Source: Eledone cirrhosa
Lineage: Eukaryota
Length of the DNA: 64,000 nucleotides
Assembly (NCBI GenBank): GCA_964016885.1
Contig: OZ024763.1
Span: forward strand, 20,770,001-20,834,000
Direction of reading: 5' to 3'
Positions 1 through 12,660 of this stretch are shown one piece after another. Positions within the stretch are counted from its first letter, which is position 1; each line of letters begins with the position of its first letter. Below the pieces are notes generated by a model, which saw only the letters and a program-made list of their open reading frames with translations, did not search any database and was not told the origin of the DNA. The position numbers and the translations under genes were made by a program.

Positions 1-54
1 AAAAGATGTGGGAGGGTGCCTTTTCTTGCTGGGCCACCCATCCCACCTTTCAAA
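1..54 (+). CDS. GIGYF2: GIGYF-family gene, exon truncated by window start (end of GYF domain, KRCGRVPFLAGPPIPPFK)
   Basis: GRVPF motif as at the end of the GIGYF GYF domain; donor GTGAGT at 55; phase 0 matches next exon. Confidence 0.75.
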
Positions 55-241
55 GTGAGTTATTTCTTTTCCATTGCTCTCCCTAAATTGAATAATATCA
101 AAGAAATCAATTATTACTCCTTTAATCCTTTCAGTTCAAGATATGAATATAACTAGTCTGTTTATTTATGTGTGTGTTCGTATATTGTAAATATTCTGGA
201 TCTCTCTCTCTCTCTAAATATATATACACACACCCACACAC

Positions 242-293
<52 letters not shown>

Positions 294-458
294 GTTGGTT
301 TCTTACATTGAATCTTCTCTATGGAACTGGATTTGCTATGATTCTATGTGAATTTCCACCTGGACACTCCTTTGGGTCACTGGACCTTTCATTGCTTTAT
401 ATATGTATTACAGCTATGTTTGAAGCTAAATTCTATTCTATTATAAGTTGAGCCAACT

Positions 459-2914
459 TACAGTGTGGACTGGGAGCCTTTTTACCGTGTCTCCTACACG
501 GCCGCCTTACAGTGTGGAGTGGGAGCCTTTTTACCGTGTCTCCTACACGATCACCTTACAGTGTGGACTGGGAGCCTTTTTACCGTGTCTCCTCCACGGC
601 CACCTTACAGTGTGGACTGGGAGCCTTTTTACCATGTCTCCTACACGGCCATCTCACAGTGTGGACTGGGAGCCTTTTTACCATGTCTCCTACACGCCCA
701 CCTTACAGTGTGGACTGGGTGCCTTTTTTACCATGTCTCCTACACGACCACCTTACAGTGTGGACTGGGAGCCTTTTTACCATGTCTCCTACATGACCAC
801 CTCACAGTGTGGACTGGGAGCCTTTTTACCGTGTCTCCTACACGACCACCTTACAGTGTGGACTGGGAGCCTTTTTACCGTGTCTCCTACATGATCACCT
901 TACAGTGTGGACTGGGAGCCTTTTTACCGTGTCTCTTCCACGGCCACCTTACAGTATGGACTGGGAGCCTTTTTACCGTGTCTCCTCCACGGCCACCTTA
1001 CAGTGTGGACTGGGAGCCTTTTTACCGTGGCTCCTACACGGCCACCTTACAGTGTGGACTGGGAGCCTTTTTACCATGTCTCCTACACGGCCATCTCACA
1101 GTGTGGACTGGGAGCCTTTTTACCATGTCTCCTACACGGCCACCTTACAGTGTGGACTGGGTGCCTTTTTTACCATGTCTCCTACACGACCACCTTACAG
1201 TGTGGACTGGGAGCCTTTTTACCGTGTCTCTTCCACGGCCACGTTACAGTATGGACTGGGAGCCTTTTTACCGTGTCTCCTCCACGGCCACCTTACAGTG
1301 TGGACTGGGAGCCTTTTTACCGTGGCTCCTACACGGCCACCTTACAGTGTGGACTGGGAGCCTTTTTACCGTGGCTCCTACACGGCCACCTTACAGTGTG
1401 GACTGGGAGCCTTTTTACCATGTCTCCTCCATGGTCACCTTACAGTGTGGACTGGGAGCCTTTTTACCATGTCTCCTACACGGCCACCTTACAGTGTGGA
1501 CTGGGAGCCTTTTTACCATGTCTCCTACATGACTACTTTACAGTGTGAACTGGGAGCCTTTTTACCATGTCTCCTACACGACCACCTTACAGTGTGGACT
1601 GGGAGCCTTTTTACCGTGTCTCCTACACGACCACCTTACAGTGTGGACTGGGAGCCTTTTTACCATGTCTCCTACACGACCACCTTACAGTGTGGACTGG
1701 GAGCCTTTTTACCGTGTCTCCTACACGACCACCTTACAGTGTGGACTGGGAGCCTTTTTACCGTGTATCCTACACGACCACCTTACAGTGTGGACTGGGA
1801 GCCTTTTTACCGTGTCTCCTACACGACCACCTTACAGTGTGGACTGGGAGCCTTTTTACCGTGTATCCTACACGACCACCTTACAGTGTGGACTGGGAGC
1901 CTTTTTACCGTGTCTCCTACACGACCACCTTACAGTGTGGACTGGGAGCCTTTTTACTGTGTCTCCTACACGACCACCTTACAGTGTGGACTGGGAGCCT
2001 TTTTACTGTGTCTCCTACACGACCACCTTACAGTGTGGACTGGGAGCCTTTTTACCGTGTCTCCTACACGACCACCTTACAGTGTGGACTGGGAGCCTTT
2101 TTACTGTGTCTCCTACACGACCACCTTACAGTGTGGACTGGGAGCCTTTTTACCGTGTCTCCTACACGACCACCTTACAGTGTGGACTGGGAGCCTTTTT
2201 ACTGTGTCTCCTACACGACCACCTTACAGTGTGGACTGGGAGCCTTTTTACCGTGTATCCTACACGACCACCTTACAGTGTGGACTGGGAGCCTTTTTAC
2301 TGTGTCTCCTACACGACCACCTTACAGTGTGGACTGGGAGCCTTTTTACTGTGTCTCCTACACGACCACCTTACAGTGTGGACTGGGAGCCTTTTTACCG
2401 TGTCTCCTACACGACCACCTTACAGTGTGGACTGGGAGCCTTTTTACTGTGTCTCCTACACGACCACCTTACAGTGTGGACTGGGAGCCTTTTTACCGTG
2501 TCTCCTACACGACCACCTTACAGTGTGGACTGGGAGCCTTTTTACTGTGTCTCCTACACGACCACCTTACAGTGTGGACTGGGAGCCTTTTTACCGTGTC
2601 TCCTACACGACCACCTTACAGTGTGGACTGGGAGCCTTTTTACTGTGTCTCCTACACGACCACCTTACAGTGTGGACTGGGAGCCTTTTTACCGTGTATC
2701 CTACACGACCACCTTACAGTGTGGACTGGGAGCCTTTTTACCGTGTCTCCTACACGACCACCTTACAGTGTGGACTGGGAGCCTTTTTACCGTGTCTCCT
2801 ACACGACCACCTTACAGTGTGGACTGGGAGCCTTTTTACCATGTCTCCTACATGACCACCTTACAGCGTGGACTGGGAGCCTTTTTACCATGTCTCCTAC
2901 ATGACCACCTTACA
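459..2914. repeat. 49-bp minisatellite, about 50 copies, derived from an RTE 3' UTR
   Basis: Unit ttacagtgtggactgggagcctttttaccgtgtctcctacacgaccacc; matches 23042-23137. Confidence 0.95.
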
Positions 2915-3135
2915 CTGTCGACTGTTGTGTCATCGACACAGTGGACAGAACGGAAAAGGGAGGATGGGGTAGGGCGTGTGGCAGTGGGGTGTACATTGGT
3001 TTAAGAGGTGCCTACTTATTGTAGGTTTGTGTGCAACGGAAGGTGGGTCTTCTGTACAACTGCATGGCACCAAAGATCTCGATCCAGTGACATTGTCTTA
3101 GAGAGGTATAAGTGAGCAAGGTCAGTTTTTATCAC
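2915..3135 (-). mobile_element. RTE subfamily B-like remnant (ORF end) contiguous with the 49-bp array
   Basis: ccaaagatctcgatccagtgacattgtctt aligns with 23311-23375. Confidence 0.75.
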
Positions 3136-3271
3136 ATAAACACACACACACACACACACACACATATCATATATTAATATATTTATCTAATTACTACACT
3201 ATGACTATTTCAGAATTGACTTATTTGCTCATTTATAGAGTTGTTGTTGTCATTGTTTGTTTGTGTTGTAG

Positions 3272-3609
3272 GCTAATGTAGTGAATTCAGTGAGTCCAAA
3301 CATTGAGATGGATTTAGCGGCGGCGGCAGCAGCAGCGCCAGCAACAGCAGGTCCCCCGGTGACATTAACACCTCAACCCATAGTCAGCCAGTCCCTTTCA
3401 CCCGTAGTTACCAGTGGTATATCGACTGCAGGCAGTCCCAGTCCAACACAAATCCATCCCACTCTGGCAGGTATGGCCCCACCTGTGCCACAGGTCCCCA
3501 ATCAACAGCCTGCACAGCCTCCAGTCTCTGCACAAGAGCAGATGGCATTAATACATCAGTACATGTTCCAACAGCAACAGCAGCAAATATTCCAGCATCA
3601 GTGGTTCAG
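3272..3609 (+). CDS. GIGYF2: GIGYF exon (Pro/Gln-rich)
   Basis: tgtag acceptor, open frame ANVVNSVSP...QHQWF, donor GTAAGA; ends phase 2. Confidence 0.8.
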
Positions 3610-3639
3610 GTAAGAAACCTTCTCTATCCATGTCTTAAC

Positions 3640-5266
3640 CCTTTTCCTTACCATATTCCTAATAAACCCTTTCGTTATCATATTTCTAACGGACCCTTTC
3701 CTCACCTTATTCCTAATAAACCCTTTCGTTATATTTCTAACGGACCCTTTCCTTACCATATTCCAAATAAACCCTTTTCCTGACCTTATTTCTAATAAAC
3801 TCCTTCGTTACCATATTTCTAATGAACCCTTTCCTAACCATATTTCTAGTAATATACTATGGCCTTGCTAATTTGATTACCTAGATATCGGAAGCTTTCC
3901 TTACCATATTTCTAATAAACCCCTTTCCCGACCATATTTCTTATAAAGCCCTTTCATTACCATATTTTTAATAAACCCTTCCCCGACCATATTTCTTATA
4001 AAACCCTTTTGTTACCATATTTCTAATAAACACTTTCCAGACCACATTTCTTATAAAACCCTTTCATTACCATATTTCTAATAAACTCCTTCATTACCAT
4101 ATTCCTCATAAACCCTTTCCTTACCATATTTCTAATAAATCCTTTTCCTGACCATATTCCTAATAAACCCTTTCATTACCATATTCCTAATAAACCCTTT
4201 CATTACCATATTCCTAATAAACCCTTTCATTACCATATTTCTAATAAACCCCTTCATTACCATATTTCTAATAAACCCCTTCATTACCATATTTCTAATA
4301 AACCCTTTCATTACCATATTTCTAATAAACCCCTTCATTACCATATTCCTAATAAACCCTTTCATTACCATATTCGTAGTAAACACTTTGCTTAGAATGA
4401 CCCCTTTGTTACTATATTTCTAATAAACCCCTTCATTACCATATTCCTAATAAACCCCTTCATTACCATATTTCTAATAAACCCTTTCATTACCATATTT
4501 CTAATGAACCCCTTCATTACCATATTCCTAATAAACCCTTTCATTACCATATTCGTAGTAAACACTTTGCTTAGAATGACCCCTTTGTTACAATATTTCT
4601 AATAAACCCCTTCATTACCATATTCCTAATAAACCCTTTCATTACCATATTCCTAATAAACCCTTTCATTACCATATTTCTAATAAACCCTTTCATTACC
4701 ATATTCCTAATAAACCCTTTCATTACCATATTCCTAATAATCCCTTTCATTACCATATTCCTAATAAACCCTTTCATTACCATATTCCTAATAAACCCTT
4801 TCATTACCATATTCCTAATAAACCCTTTCATTACCATATTCCTAATAAACCCTTTCATTACCATATTCCTAATAAACCCTTTCATAACCATATTCCTAAT
4901 AAACCCTTTCATTACCATATTCCTAATAAACCCTTTCATTACCATATTTCTAATAAACCCTTTCATTACCATATTCCTAATAAACCCTTTCATTACCATA
5001 TTCCTAATAAACCCTTTCATTACCATATTCCTAATAAACCCTTTCATAACCATATTCCTAATAAACCCTTTCATTACCATATTTCTAATAAACCCTTTCA
5101 TTACCATATTCCTAATAAACCCTTTCATTACCATATTCCTAATAAACCCTTTCATTACCATATTCGTAGTAAACACTTTACTTAGAATGACCCCTTTGTT
5201 ACTATATTTCTAATAAACCCCTTCATTACCATATTCCCAATAAACCCCTTCATTACCATATTTCTA
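3640..5266. repeat. 27-bp minisatellite filling almost an entire intron
   Basis: Unit taataaaccctttcattaccatattcc, about 60 copies, degenerate at the 5' end. Confidence 0.95.
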
Positions 5267-5274
5267 TCTGTTAG

Positions 5275-5532
5275 ACACTTCCAAATGCAAATGGTGCAAC
5301 AGATGCAGCAGCAGCAGCAGCAACAACAACAACAGCCACATCAAGCTGTAGCCCAACCTCCTCCTCCACCACAGCTCTCTCATGTTGACCTCTCAGATCC
5401 GGCTGTTGCCAGCAAGATGATATCAATTCCAGACCAACAGGTGATGATGCAGTTATTGAAATCTCAACCGATTATTTTGTCCGGTCAACAGCCACCACTC
5501 ATGGCACAGCAACCACCTCACCCACCGCCAGG
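5275..5532 (+). CDS. GIGYF2: GIGYF exon (polyQ/polyP)
   Basis: gttag acceptor, phase 2 in and out, HFQMQMVQQMQQQ...PPPG, donor GTAAGA. Confidence 0.8.
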
Positions 5533-5559
5533 GTAAGATTTCACACCTTATTGTTATTT

Positions 5560-5935
5560 TGGCTGTATTGGTAGAGCGTCAGAAGACACCTGGCCCTTTA
5601 TGTTCTGAGTTCAAATCCCACCCACTGAGGGTAACTTTGCCTTTCATCCTTACGGGGTCGATAAAATAAAGTACCAGTAATACACTGGAGTAATTGCTGG
5701 CCTTCTGCCTAAATCAGAAACTGGCCCCTTTATGGTCTGAGTTTAAATCCCACTGAGGTTAACTTTGCCTTTTATCTTTACAGGGTCGATAAAATTAAGT
5801 ACCAGTAATGTCCTGGGATAATTGTTAGCCTTGTGCCAAAAGTCGAAACAACTATTATTATCATTGTTGTTGTGTCCATTTCTGGGTGGTGGATTGGCAC
5901 AATTGGTAGGGCGTCGGACAAGATGCTTTGCAGCA
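5560..5935 (+). mobile_element. SINE family 2, tandem partial copies
   Basis: tRNA-like gagttcaaatccc box plus aactttgcctttcatccttacggggtcgataaaataaagtaccagt core; same as 22136-22470. Confidence 0.7.
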
Positions 5936-5957
5936 TAATTATATATATATATATATA

Positions 5958-6310
5958 CAGTGTACCCCTGCCTTTCATGGTCCCTGTTATTTGTGGAATT
6001 TTCTCTAGAACCTAACTAGGAATTGTTCGTGGAAGCCACCACATATTTGCAGGGTCGTAAATATCTTCCACGATTTAAAAAAATTGATTTTCTTTTGTAG
6101 CAATATATATTTTTTTAATGCTAAATTATTAACAACAATTTACTGTATTTGCTGGCCTATTGGCATAAGACGCTCCCTCCTTTTTTATTATATTTTGTTA
6201 TATTTTGACGTTTATAGATATTTTTATGGACCATGTCTGATATTTAAGGTTTTTTCACTCTTCGCGAGTGCTCTAGGGACGTAACCCCCGCGAATACCGG
6301 GGTACAACTG
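5958..6310. mobile_element. Tc1/mariner (pogo/Tigger-like) non-autonomous element
   Basis: Imperfect TIRs CAGTGTACCCC / GGGGTACAACTG flanked by TA on both sides. Confidence 0.55.
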
Positions 6311-6798
6311 TATGTATGTGTGTGTGTATAGTTTATTTGGCAATATACTGTATGTTTAATTAAAAACATTTTCGATATGAGTTTTAAAGTAGTGACTATG
6401 TCACTTACTTATTCTCAGCAAAACAACAGAGAGCGGCCGACAGACAGTCTGTTTCTCGCTTGTTGGTGTTTATTAAGACCACACACTGCTGCCTTTGCCG
6501 ATAATTAAAGAAGCTGGATTCTTATAGAATTTCAGTAATATTTAAGAGTTGATTAAACAGAGCGATTGCAGGTCCAGCAAAAATTAGGTGTTAGTATTGG
6601 TGTTCTGAAATAGCGATGTATACATGAATGTATGTATAGTATATTTATTTATGTATGTATGTATGTATGTATATATATGGAATGTGGGTTTGAGGACTGC
6701 CCCTCATGATTTTTCCAGGAATGAGTGGGTGGAGAAGAATAATCTTATCTTCACTAGACTTAGACGTTTCACTTATTTTTTCTTCTTCCTATTTACAG

Positions 6799-6932
6799 AG
6801 TTGCGACATTTAGCGCACCCCATCCTGAAGCTTCAGTCCCACAGCAATCAATATTCCATCGCTCTTTCTCTCAGACTGCTGATTCCACAGAAAATGAAGA
6901 AACGTCTATATGGGGTAACCCTGTCGGTTCAG
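6799..6932 (+). CDS. GIGYF2: GIGYF exon
   Basis: Pyrimidine tract plus cag; VATFSAPHPE...TSIWGNPVGS; donor GTAACT; phases 2/1 fit neighbours. Confidence 0.7.
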
Positions 6933-7429
6933 GTAACTCAAACAACACTTAAACAGTTTTGTTTTTGTTCCCCTCCCCCCATGTTTTACGTTCTAAATTT
7001 GTTCTAACTCTTTTTTTTATGCCATCCCGTCCAAGGCTGTGAACCAACCATTATAAAAAAACTTTTAAATTAAAATCTTTCAACATAATTTTATATAAGA
7101 ACCTTACATTAAGTTACTATCTTAGTAATGAAATATTTCGACACAATGAAACTCAATAAATCGTAGAACTGAAGTGAGCATCTACTAATATATAATACCC
7201 TTGTGTATTTATCTGTCACAAGAGATGACTGAGGATGGAAGGGGTGTCTAATAACATACATCTATGTGATGATTGTGGAAGAGGGAGTGAGAAACTATAG
7301 GAGTCCAGCGTTCTAAGATTCGTCACAGCTGTAAATACTAAAGGGTTAAAATGGTTGGTTCACGGCCTTGATTCAATCTCATGCTATTCCACACCAAAAC
7401 CAAAACTTTTATCCATTTCTCCTTGATAG

Positions 7430-7536
7430 ATAACTGGTCACAGCCTACTAGTGTGTGGGATTTGGCGCCAACGGGTCCACCTGCTGGTTTACCACTTCCA
7501 AGTGAGCTTCCTCCCGGAAAGGTTATCAATGTACAG
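7430..7536 (+). CDS. GIGYF2: GIGYF exon
   Basis: DNWSQPTSVWDL...KVINVQ (SVWDL motif resembles GIGYF); donor GTATGT; phases 1/0. Confidence 0.78.
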
Positions 7537-7574
7537 GTATGTGGAGATTTCAGATTTCAAATTGGTTTATGTCT

Positions 7575-7880
7575 TCTCTCACTCTGTCTGTCTCTCTCTA
7601 TCTGTCTGTCTGTCTGTCTCTCCCTCTCTCTCTATCTGTCTGTCTGTCTCTCTCTCCCTCTCTATCTGTCTGTCTGTCTGTCTCTCTCTCTTCCTTCCTC
7701 TCCATCTGTCTGTCTGTCTCTCTCTCTTCCTTCCTCTCCATCTGTCTGTCTGTCTCTCTCTCCCTCTCCATCTGTCTGTCTCTCTCTCCCTCTCCATCTG
7801 TCTGTCTCTCTCCCCGCCCATCTGTCTGTCTCTCTCTCTTTGTCTCTCTCTCTCTGTGTCTTTCTTTCCATCTGTCTCTC
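7575..7880. repeat. Compound (CT)n/(CTGT)n microsatellite
   Basis: Direct reading. Confidence 0.9.
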
Positions 7881-8330
7881 AGCTGGGAGTTAAATGTGTG
7901 AGGGACTAGCGTTCTGTCCAGGGAGGGGAAGCCTTATACTCTCAGTCACTTAACGCCAATGAAAATTGAAACTGGGGACAAGCACCAGCTTGATGAGCTT
8001 GATGTCTTAGGACAGATTTTAACTTAATTTTTTACCATTTACATTATGGCTTTATCTCAAATAATATCAAAACTGCAGCCAGTTTGATCAGAAAGAGGTG
8101 AGAGAATTCTGGCCAGATATGATTAGAATTCTCTCACCTCTTTCTGTTCAAACTGTTTGTAACTGGCCACTGTATAGGAGGGGGGGGGGGGGGGGGGGGT
8201 ATAATTAAAAAAATATAATTATGGTTTCTTGAATGTGGCCTTTCAACATGAAAAGGTTCCCCCACCTCTGCCGTAGGGGGTTGGTATCTTAGGTGTTTTA
8301 ATGATAGGGGCTGTAGTCTTATCATGGAAT

Positions 8331-8528
8331 GCATTTAATCTAGCCGTATCCAGCCAGAATCCCCTCACCTCTTTCTGTTCAAACCGGCTGTAACCGGCCG
8401 CTCATACTGATAAGGTATTGTTCTCAAAATAAATAACATCAAAATCTTGTAGATACAATATTATGTGAGATAAAGCCTTTACCAAGAAAATAGAATAGTA
8501 AATAGAGAGGAATGTAAATGTTAAAGGG
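8331..8528 (-). mobile_element. TTAA/piggyBac-type MITE copy
   Basis: Reverse copy of 51377-51572; ends aaaggg-TTAA. Confidence 0.7.
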
Positions 8529-8562
8529 TTAACTTTAACTTACCTTTTTGTTGTTTCTCCAG

Positions 8563-8754
8563 GAACACGAAGAAATGGAACGGAAGGAGATAGAAGAGAA
8601 AGAGCGGAAGGAAGAGGAAATGCGCAAGTTGGAAGAGCTCCGCAGGCAGGAGGAAGAGCTACGGCGTGAGAAGGAAGAGTTTGAGAGGGAGAAAGAAGAA
8701 ATTAGGAGGCAGAAAGAAGAGCTTGAGATGAAGAAAAACCATGAGTTGCAATTG
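8563..8754 (+). CDS. GIGYF2: GIGYF exon (E/R/K coiled coil)
   Basis: ctccag acceptor, EHEEMERKE...HELQL, donor GTAAGG. Confidence 0.85.
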
Positions 8755-8790
8755 GTAAGGAGAACTTTTGTTATATATATATATATATAT

Positions 8791-11700
8791 CATCATCATC
8801 ATCATCATTTTACGTCTGCTTTTCCCTGCTTGCAAGGGTGGGACGGGTCTTATTCAGCACAGCATCTCTCCACTCGTCACGGTCCCTTGTCATCTCCACC
8901 GTGAGCTTCAATGATCTGAGGTCTGTTCTCACCACCTCCGCCCATGTTTTTCGTGGTCTACCTCTACCACGTCTTCCTTCAACTGGCATTTCCTGGCACT
9001 TCTTCACCCATCGGTCATCCTCCATACGCATCACATGTCCATACCACCTCAGTTTCCTCTCCCGTACACTACATTCTATCCCTCTCAGACACAGTTTCTC
9101 TCTCAACACATTTATGCTGGGTCGTTCACGCACATTTACACTGCACATCCAACGGAGCATGCTTTCCTCATTTCTCTCCAGCCGTCGCATATCCTCTGCA
9201 GTTGCTGCCCATGTCTCACTACCATGCAGCATCGCGCTCCTCACACAGGCATCATACAACCGGCCTTTCGTACGCAGGGAGAAACCCTTCTTCATCAACA
9301 GAGGAAGCAGCTCCCTAAACTTCTTCCAACCCGTCCTTATTCTAGATACTATGGCCTCGGAACACCCTCCTCCCATGCTAATCTGATCTCCTAGGTGCCG
9401 GAAACTATCCACCACTTCTATAGCTCCCTCTTGCATTTGAAAAATGTGTCTATCAGTGCGACTTCTACTGTCTAATTTCCCTGTACATCTACTGCATACA
9501 TATTTCTCCCTACCTGTTAGTTTGCCTGCTATCCCGCTACATCTCTTGTGTACCCAGGATCTGCATTGTGTGCATTTTATAGAATTTATGCCAGTTCCTT
9601 TTCTGCATATCGAACATGGCCATTTCCCTGACGGAATCAGGGTTTTGTCCTCTTTTCTACTCATCAACACTTTTGTCTTAGCTAGATTCACTCTCAGTCC
9701 TCTTGCTTCCAACTGCTCTTTCCATAGCCAGAATTTATTCTCTAGCTCCTCTACTGATTCTGCTATAAGAACCAGATCGTCAGCATAGAGAAGTTCCCAT
9801 GGACAGCCAGTCTTAAACTCCTCTGTTATGGCTTGGAGGACTATAATGAACAACAGCGGGATGAGGACCGAACCCTGATGTACTCCTATTTGTATCTGGA
9901 ATTCCTCACTAAACTCCATTCCTACCCTTATTTTACTGAGAATACCTCTGTACAAAGTTTGCACTGTCCTCACAAGCCATTCCTCAACACCTAGCTTCCT
10001 TAGGGACCACCAGATGACAGATCGGGGTACCCTATCAAAGGCCTTCTCTAGGTCAACAAAGGCTAAGTATAGTGGCTTATTCTTCTCTAAGAACCTCTCT
10101 TGCAATTGTCTCACCAAGAAGAGGGCATCTGTTGTACTCTTCCCAGGCACAAAACCAAACTGCATCTCATCTAGTTTGACCCTTTCTATAATTAGTTGTG
10201 CTAAAATGTATTCTGCCACTTTCATAACCTGATCTATCAGTTTTATACCCCTATAATTGCTCCTCTCCAAAGCATCCCCTTTACCTTTGTAGCAATTTAT
10301 GAGAATACTGCTGCACCAGTCTTTGGGTATGACACCACCATATATAGCCTGATTGATGATGCGTGCAACCAGTTTAGTGCCTACGTCCCCTGATGCCTTC
10401 AGCATCTCAGCAACTATTCCCGATGGTCCGGCCGCCTTACCATTTTTCATTTCCCTAATCGCCTCTTGGACCCTATATTCGTCAATCTCAATAGCTGGTC
10501 CCTCTGTCGGATCTACCAAGGGTAATTTCTCTCTCTCCCATTCGTTCTCCACATTCATCAGTCTCTCATAATGACATTTCCAGGCCTCCTTTTTCTGATC
10601 ATTCGTGACACTAAGTACACCGGCATCATCCCGGACACATTTATCTCCAACAACATCCTGATTTGCATTGACACACTGCCTTGCAATGTGGAACACCGCA
10701 CGCCTCTGATCTTCCCGTCGCAGAACATTGGCAAACCTCCTACTCTCTGCCTCCCTGCGTGCTAAGTACACCTGACGTCTAGCTTCTCTCTTAGTGGCTG
10801 TATATTCTTCCCTACTCCCACCCTTTTTCCAAGCCTTCCATGCTAGTCTTTTGTCTCTAATAGCCTTATCTACTGTGCTGTTCCACCACCAGGTCACTCT
10901 CTGTCTGGTTGGAGCTCTGCTCCAGCCACAGGTTTCATCAGTAGCCTGCAGCAAGTTGTCATGTGAGAAATTCCAGTTATTATCTATGTCATACGTCTCT
11001 AAATCGTCTTCTTTTTCGTCATATACATCTTGAAGGGCTTTCCTAAATTTGTATTTTAGTGAAAGGTCTTTTAGCTTCCAGACCTTTCTTCTCCACACCT
11101 TCCTATATGTCTCATTCCATCTCTTGCTTACTGAGATATCACTAACAACTAACCTATGCTGTGGGGTACATTCTTCCGCAGGGTAGCCCTTGGTATTAGA
11201 CACTATCTACCTGTCCCGCTGCCTTATTAGCAAGAAGTCAATCTGGCTTATGTGCTCACCAGATTTGTAGGTTATTAGGTGATTGGCAGGTTTCTGGAAG
11301 TTTGTGTTGCAAATAGTCAATGTACTCGCATCACAAAATTCAAGAAGTCTCACTCCTTCTTCATTTCTTGAACCGTAACCGTGCCCACCATGTACCCCAG
11401 TGTAACCATCCTGGAGCTGTCCAACATGACCATTGAAGTCTCCTGCTAGCATAACGATGTCTCCGTCCTCTGTCATTGTGGTTGTTTGCAAAAGTTGCTC
11501 ATAAAAGCAGTCTTTCTCATCTTTGCCTAGGCCTGCTTGGGGAGCATAGACCGAGATGATTGTCAGTATTCTCCTACCTACAACTAATCTAAGCTTAATT
11601 ATTCGATTACTAACTCGAACTACCTCTATTGTCTTATTGATCCATTTCTCAGCCAGGAAAATGCCTACTCCCCCTAGCCCATCATCCTTACCTACCCAGA

Positions 11701-11800
11701 ATAGCTTATAGCTAAGACGCTTGCCTACGACTAGTCTCGCAGAGGCACCTCTCCATCTCACCTCTTGCACGCAGCACACATCCACCTGCCTTCTCTCCAA
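8791..11800 (-). mobile_element. RTE-clade LINE subfamily A, nearly intact (APE + RT)
   Basis: APE motifs VQE, GDFNGH, SQIDF; RT motifs QFGF, DLEKAFD, QGS, YADD; a single in-frame stop at 11207-11209; (ATG)n tail directly after the stop. Confidence 0.95.
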
Positions 11801-11812
11801 TATATAAATATA

Positions 11813-12380
11813 TCATCATAGTTTAACGTCCATTTTCCATGCTAGCATGGGTAGAACGGGCTGTCCTGTTTTGAGAGATCTAGGTTGGTGGACTGTGTTT
11901 TGCTCACAGAACTGATTCTGTCTTGGTTTCTACAGCTGGATGGCCTTCTTAACACAAACCACTTTACAGTGTTGGCTGGGCACTTTTTATAGATATATAT
12001 GTATATATATATATATATATATATCATTATCATAATTTAACAGCCATATTTTCCAAGCTAGCATGCGTTAAACGAGTTGTCCTGTTGTGAGCAATGCCAG
12101 GTCAGGTGACCATGTCTTGCTCATACAGAACTGATTCTGGCTTGGTTTCTATGGCTGGATGCCCTTCCTAACACTAACCTCATTTACAGTGAGTACTTGG
12201 TGCCTTTTGTCGTGACACCTACACAACCCCTTTACAGTGAGGGCTGGGTACTTTTTGTTGTGACGCCTACACGACTCCTTTATAGTGTGGGCTGGATGCT
12301 TTTAGTCGTGACACCTACATGACCACTTTACTGTGTGGGCTGGCTGTTTTTTGCCGTGTTACCTACACGACCACATTACA
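11813..12380 (-). mobile_element. Two RTE subfamily C-like 3' UTR fragments, the second with four 49-bp units
   Basis: Matches 20401-20660 and 60020-60288; contains ctggatgcccttcctaacac block. Confidence 0.75.
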
Positions 12381-12426
12381 TATACGTATATATATATATA
12401 TGAACTTCTGTTTGTCTTTCCTTCAG

Positions 12427-12660
12427 AAATTAGAAGAAAGCAAGCGGCAAGAGAGGATATATGCTGACCAAGAATGGAAAAAAGCGGAAAAATTAAAGCA
12501 AGATGAACTGAGGAAACTAGAAGAGATTAAATTGAAGAATGAACAGAAACACATGGAAGAAATACGGCTTGAGAAGGAAAAGAAAATGAAGGAAGAACTA
12601 AAGAAATCTGAGCTGAAGATGCAAGAGGCTTTGAAACAACAGGAGTTAAAAAAGCAACAG
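12427..12660 (+). CDS. GIGYF2: GIGYF exon (coiled coil)
   Basis: cttcag acceptor, KLEESKRQE...LKKQQ; weak donor GTTTTT, so the 3' boundary is less certain. Confidence 0.75.

Noticed and set aside
448-3004. Long ORFs (up to 731 aa) in all three + frames
   Set aside because: Artefact of a stop-free 49-bp unit; all frames give the same permuted peptide; intronic and LINE-UTR derived
4132-5176. (MVMKGFIRN)n ORFs on the minus strand
   Set aside because: Translation of the 27-bp minisatellite; no coding evidence
7225-7265. CTGAGGA hammerhead-like core
   Set aside because: No GAAA box or convincing stems follow
8838-11033. Multiple + strand ORFs overlapping the LINE
   Set aside because: Antisense shadows of the RTE ORF; they recur only because the LINE is repeated
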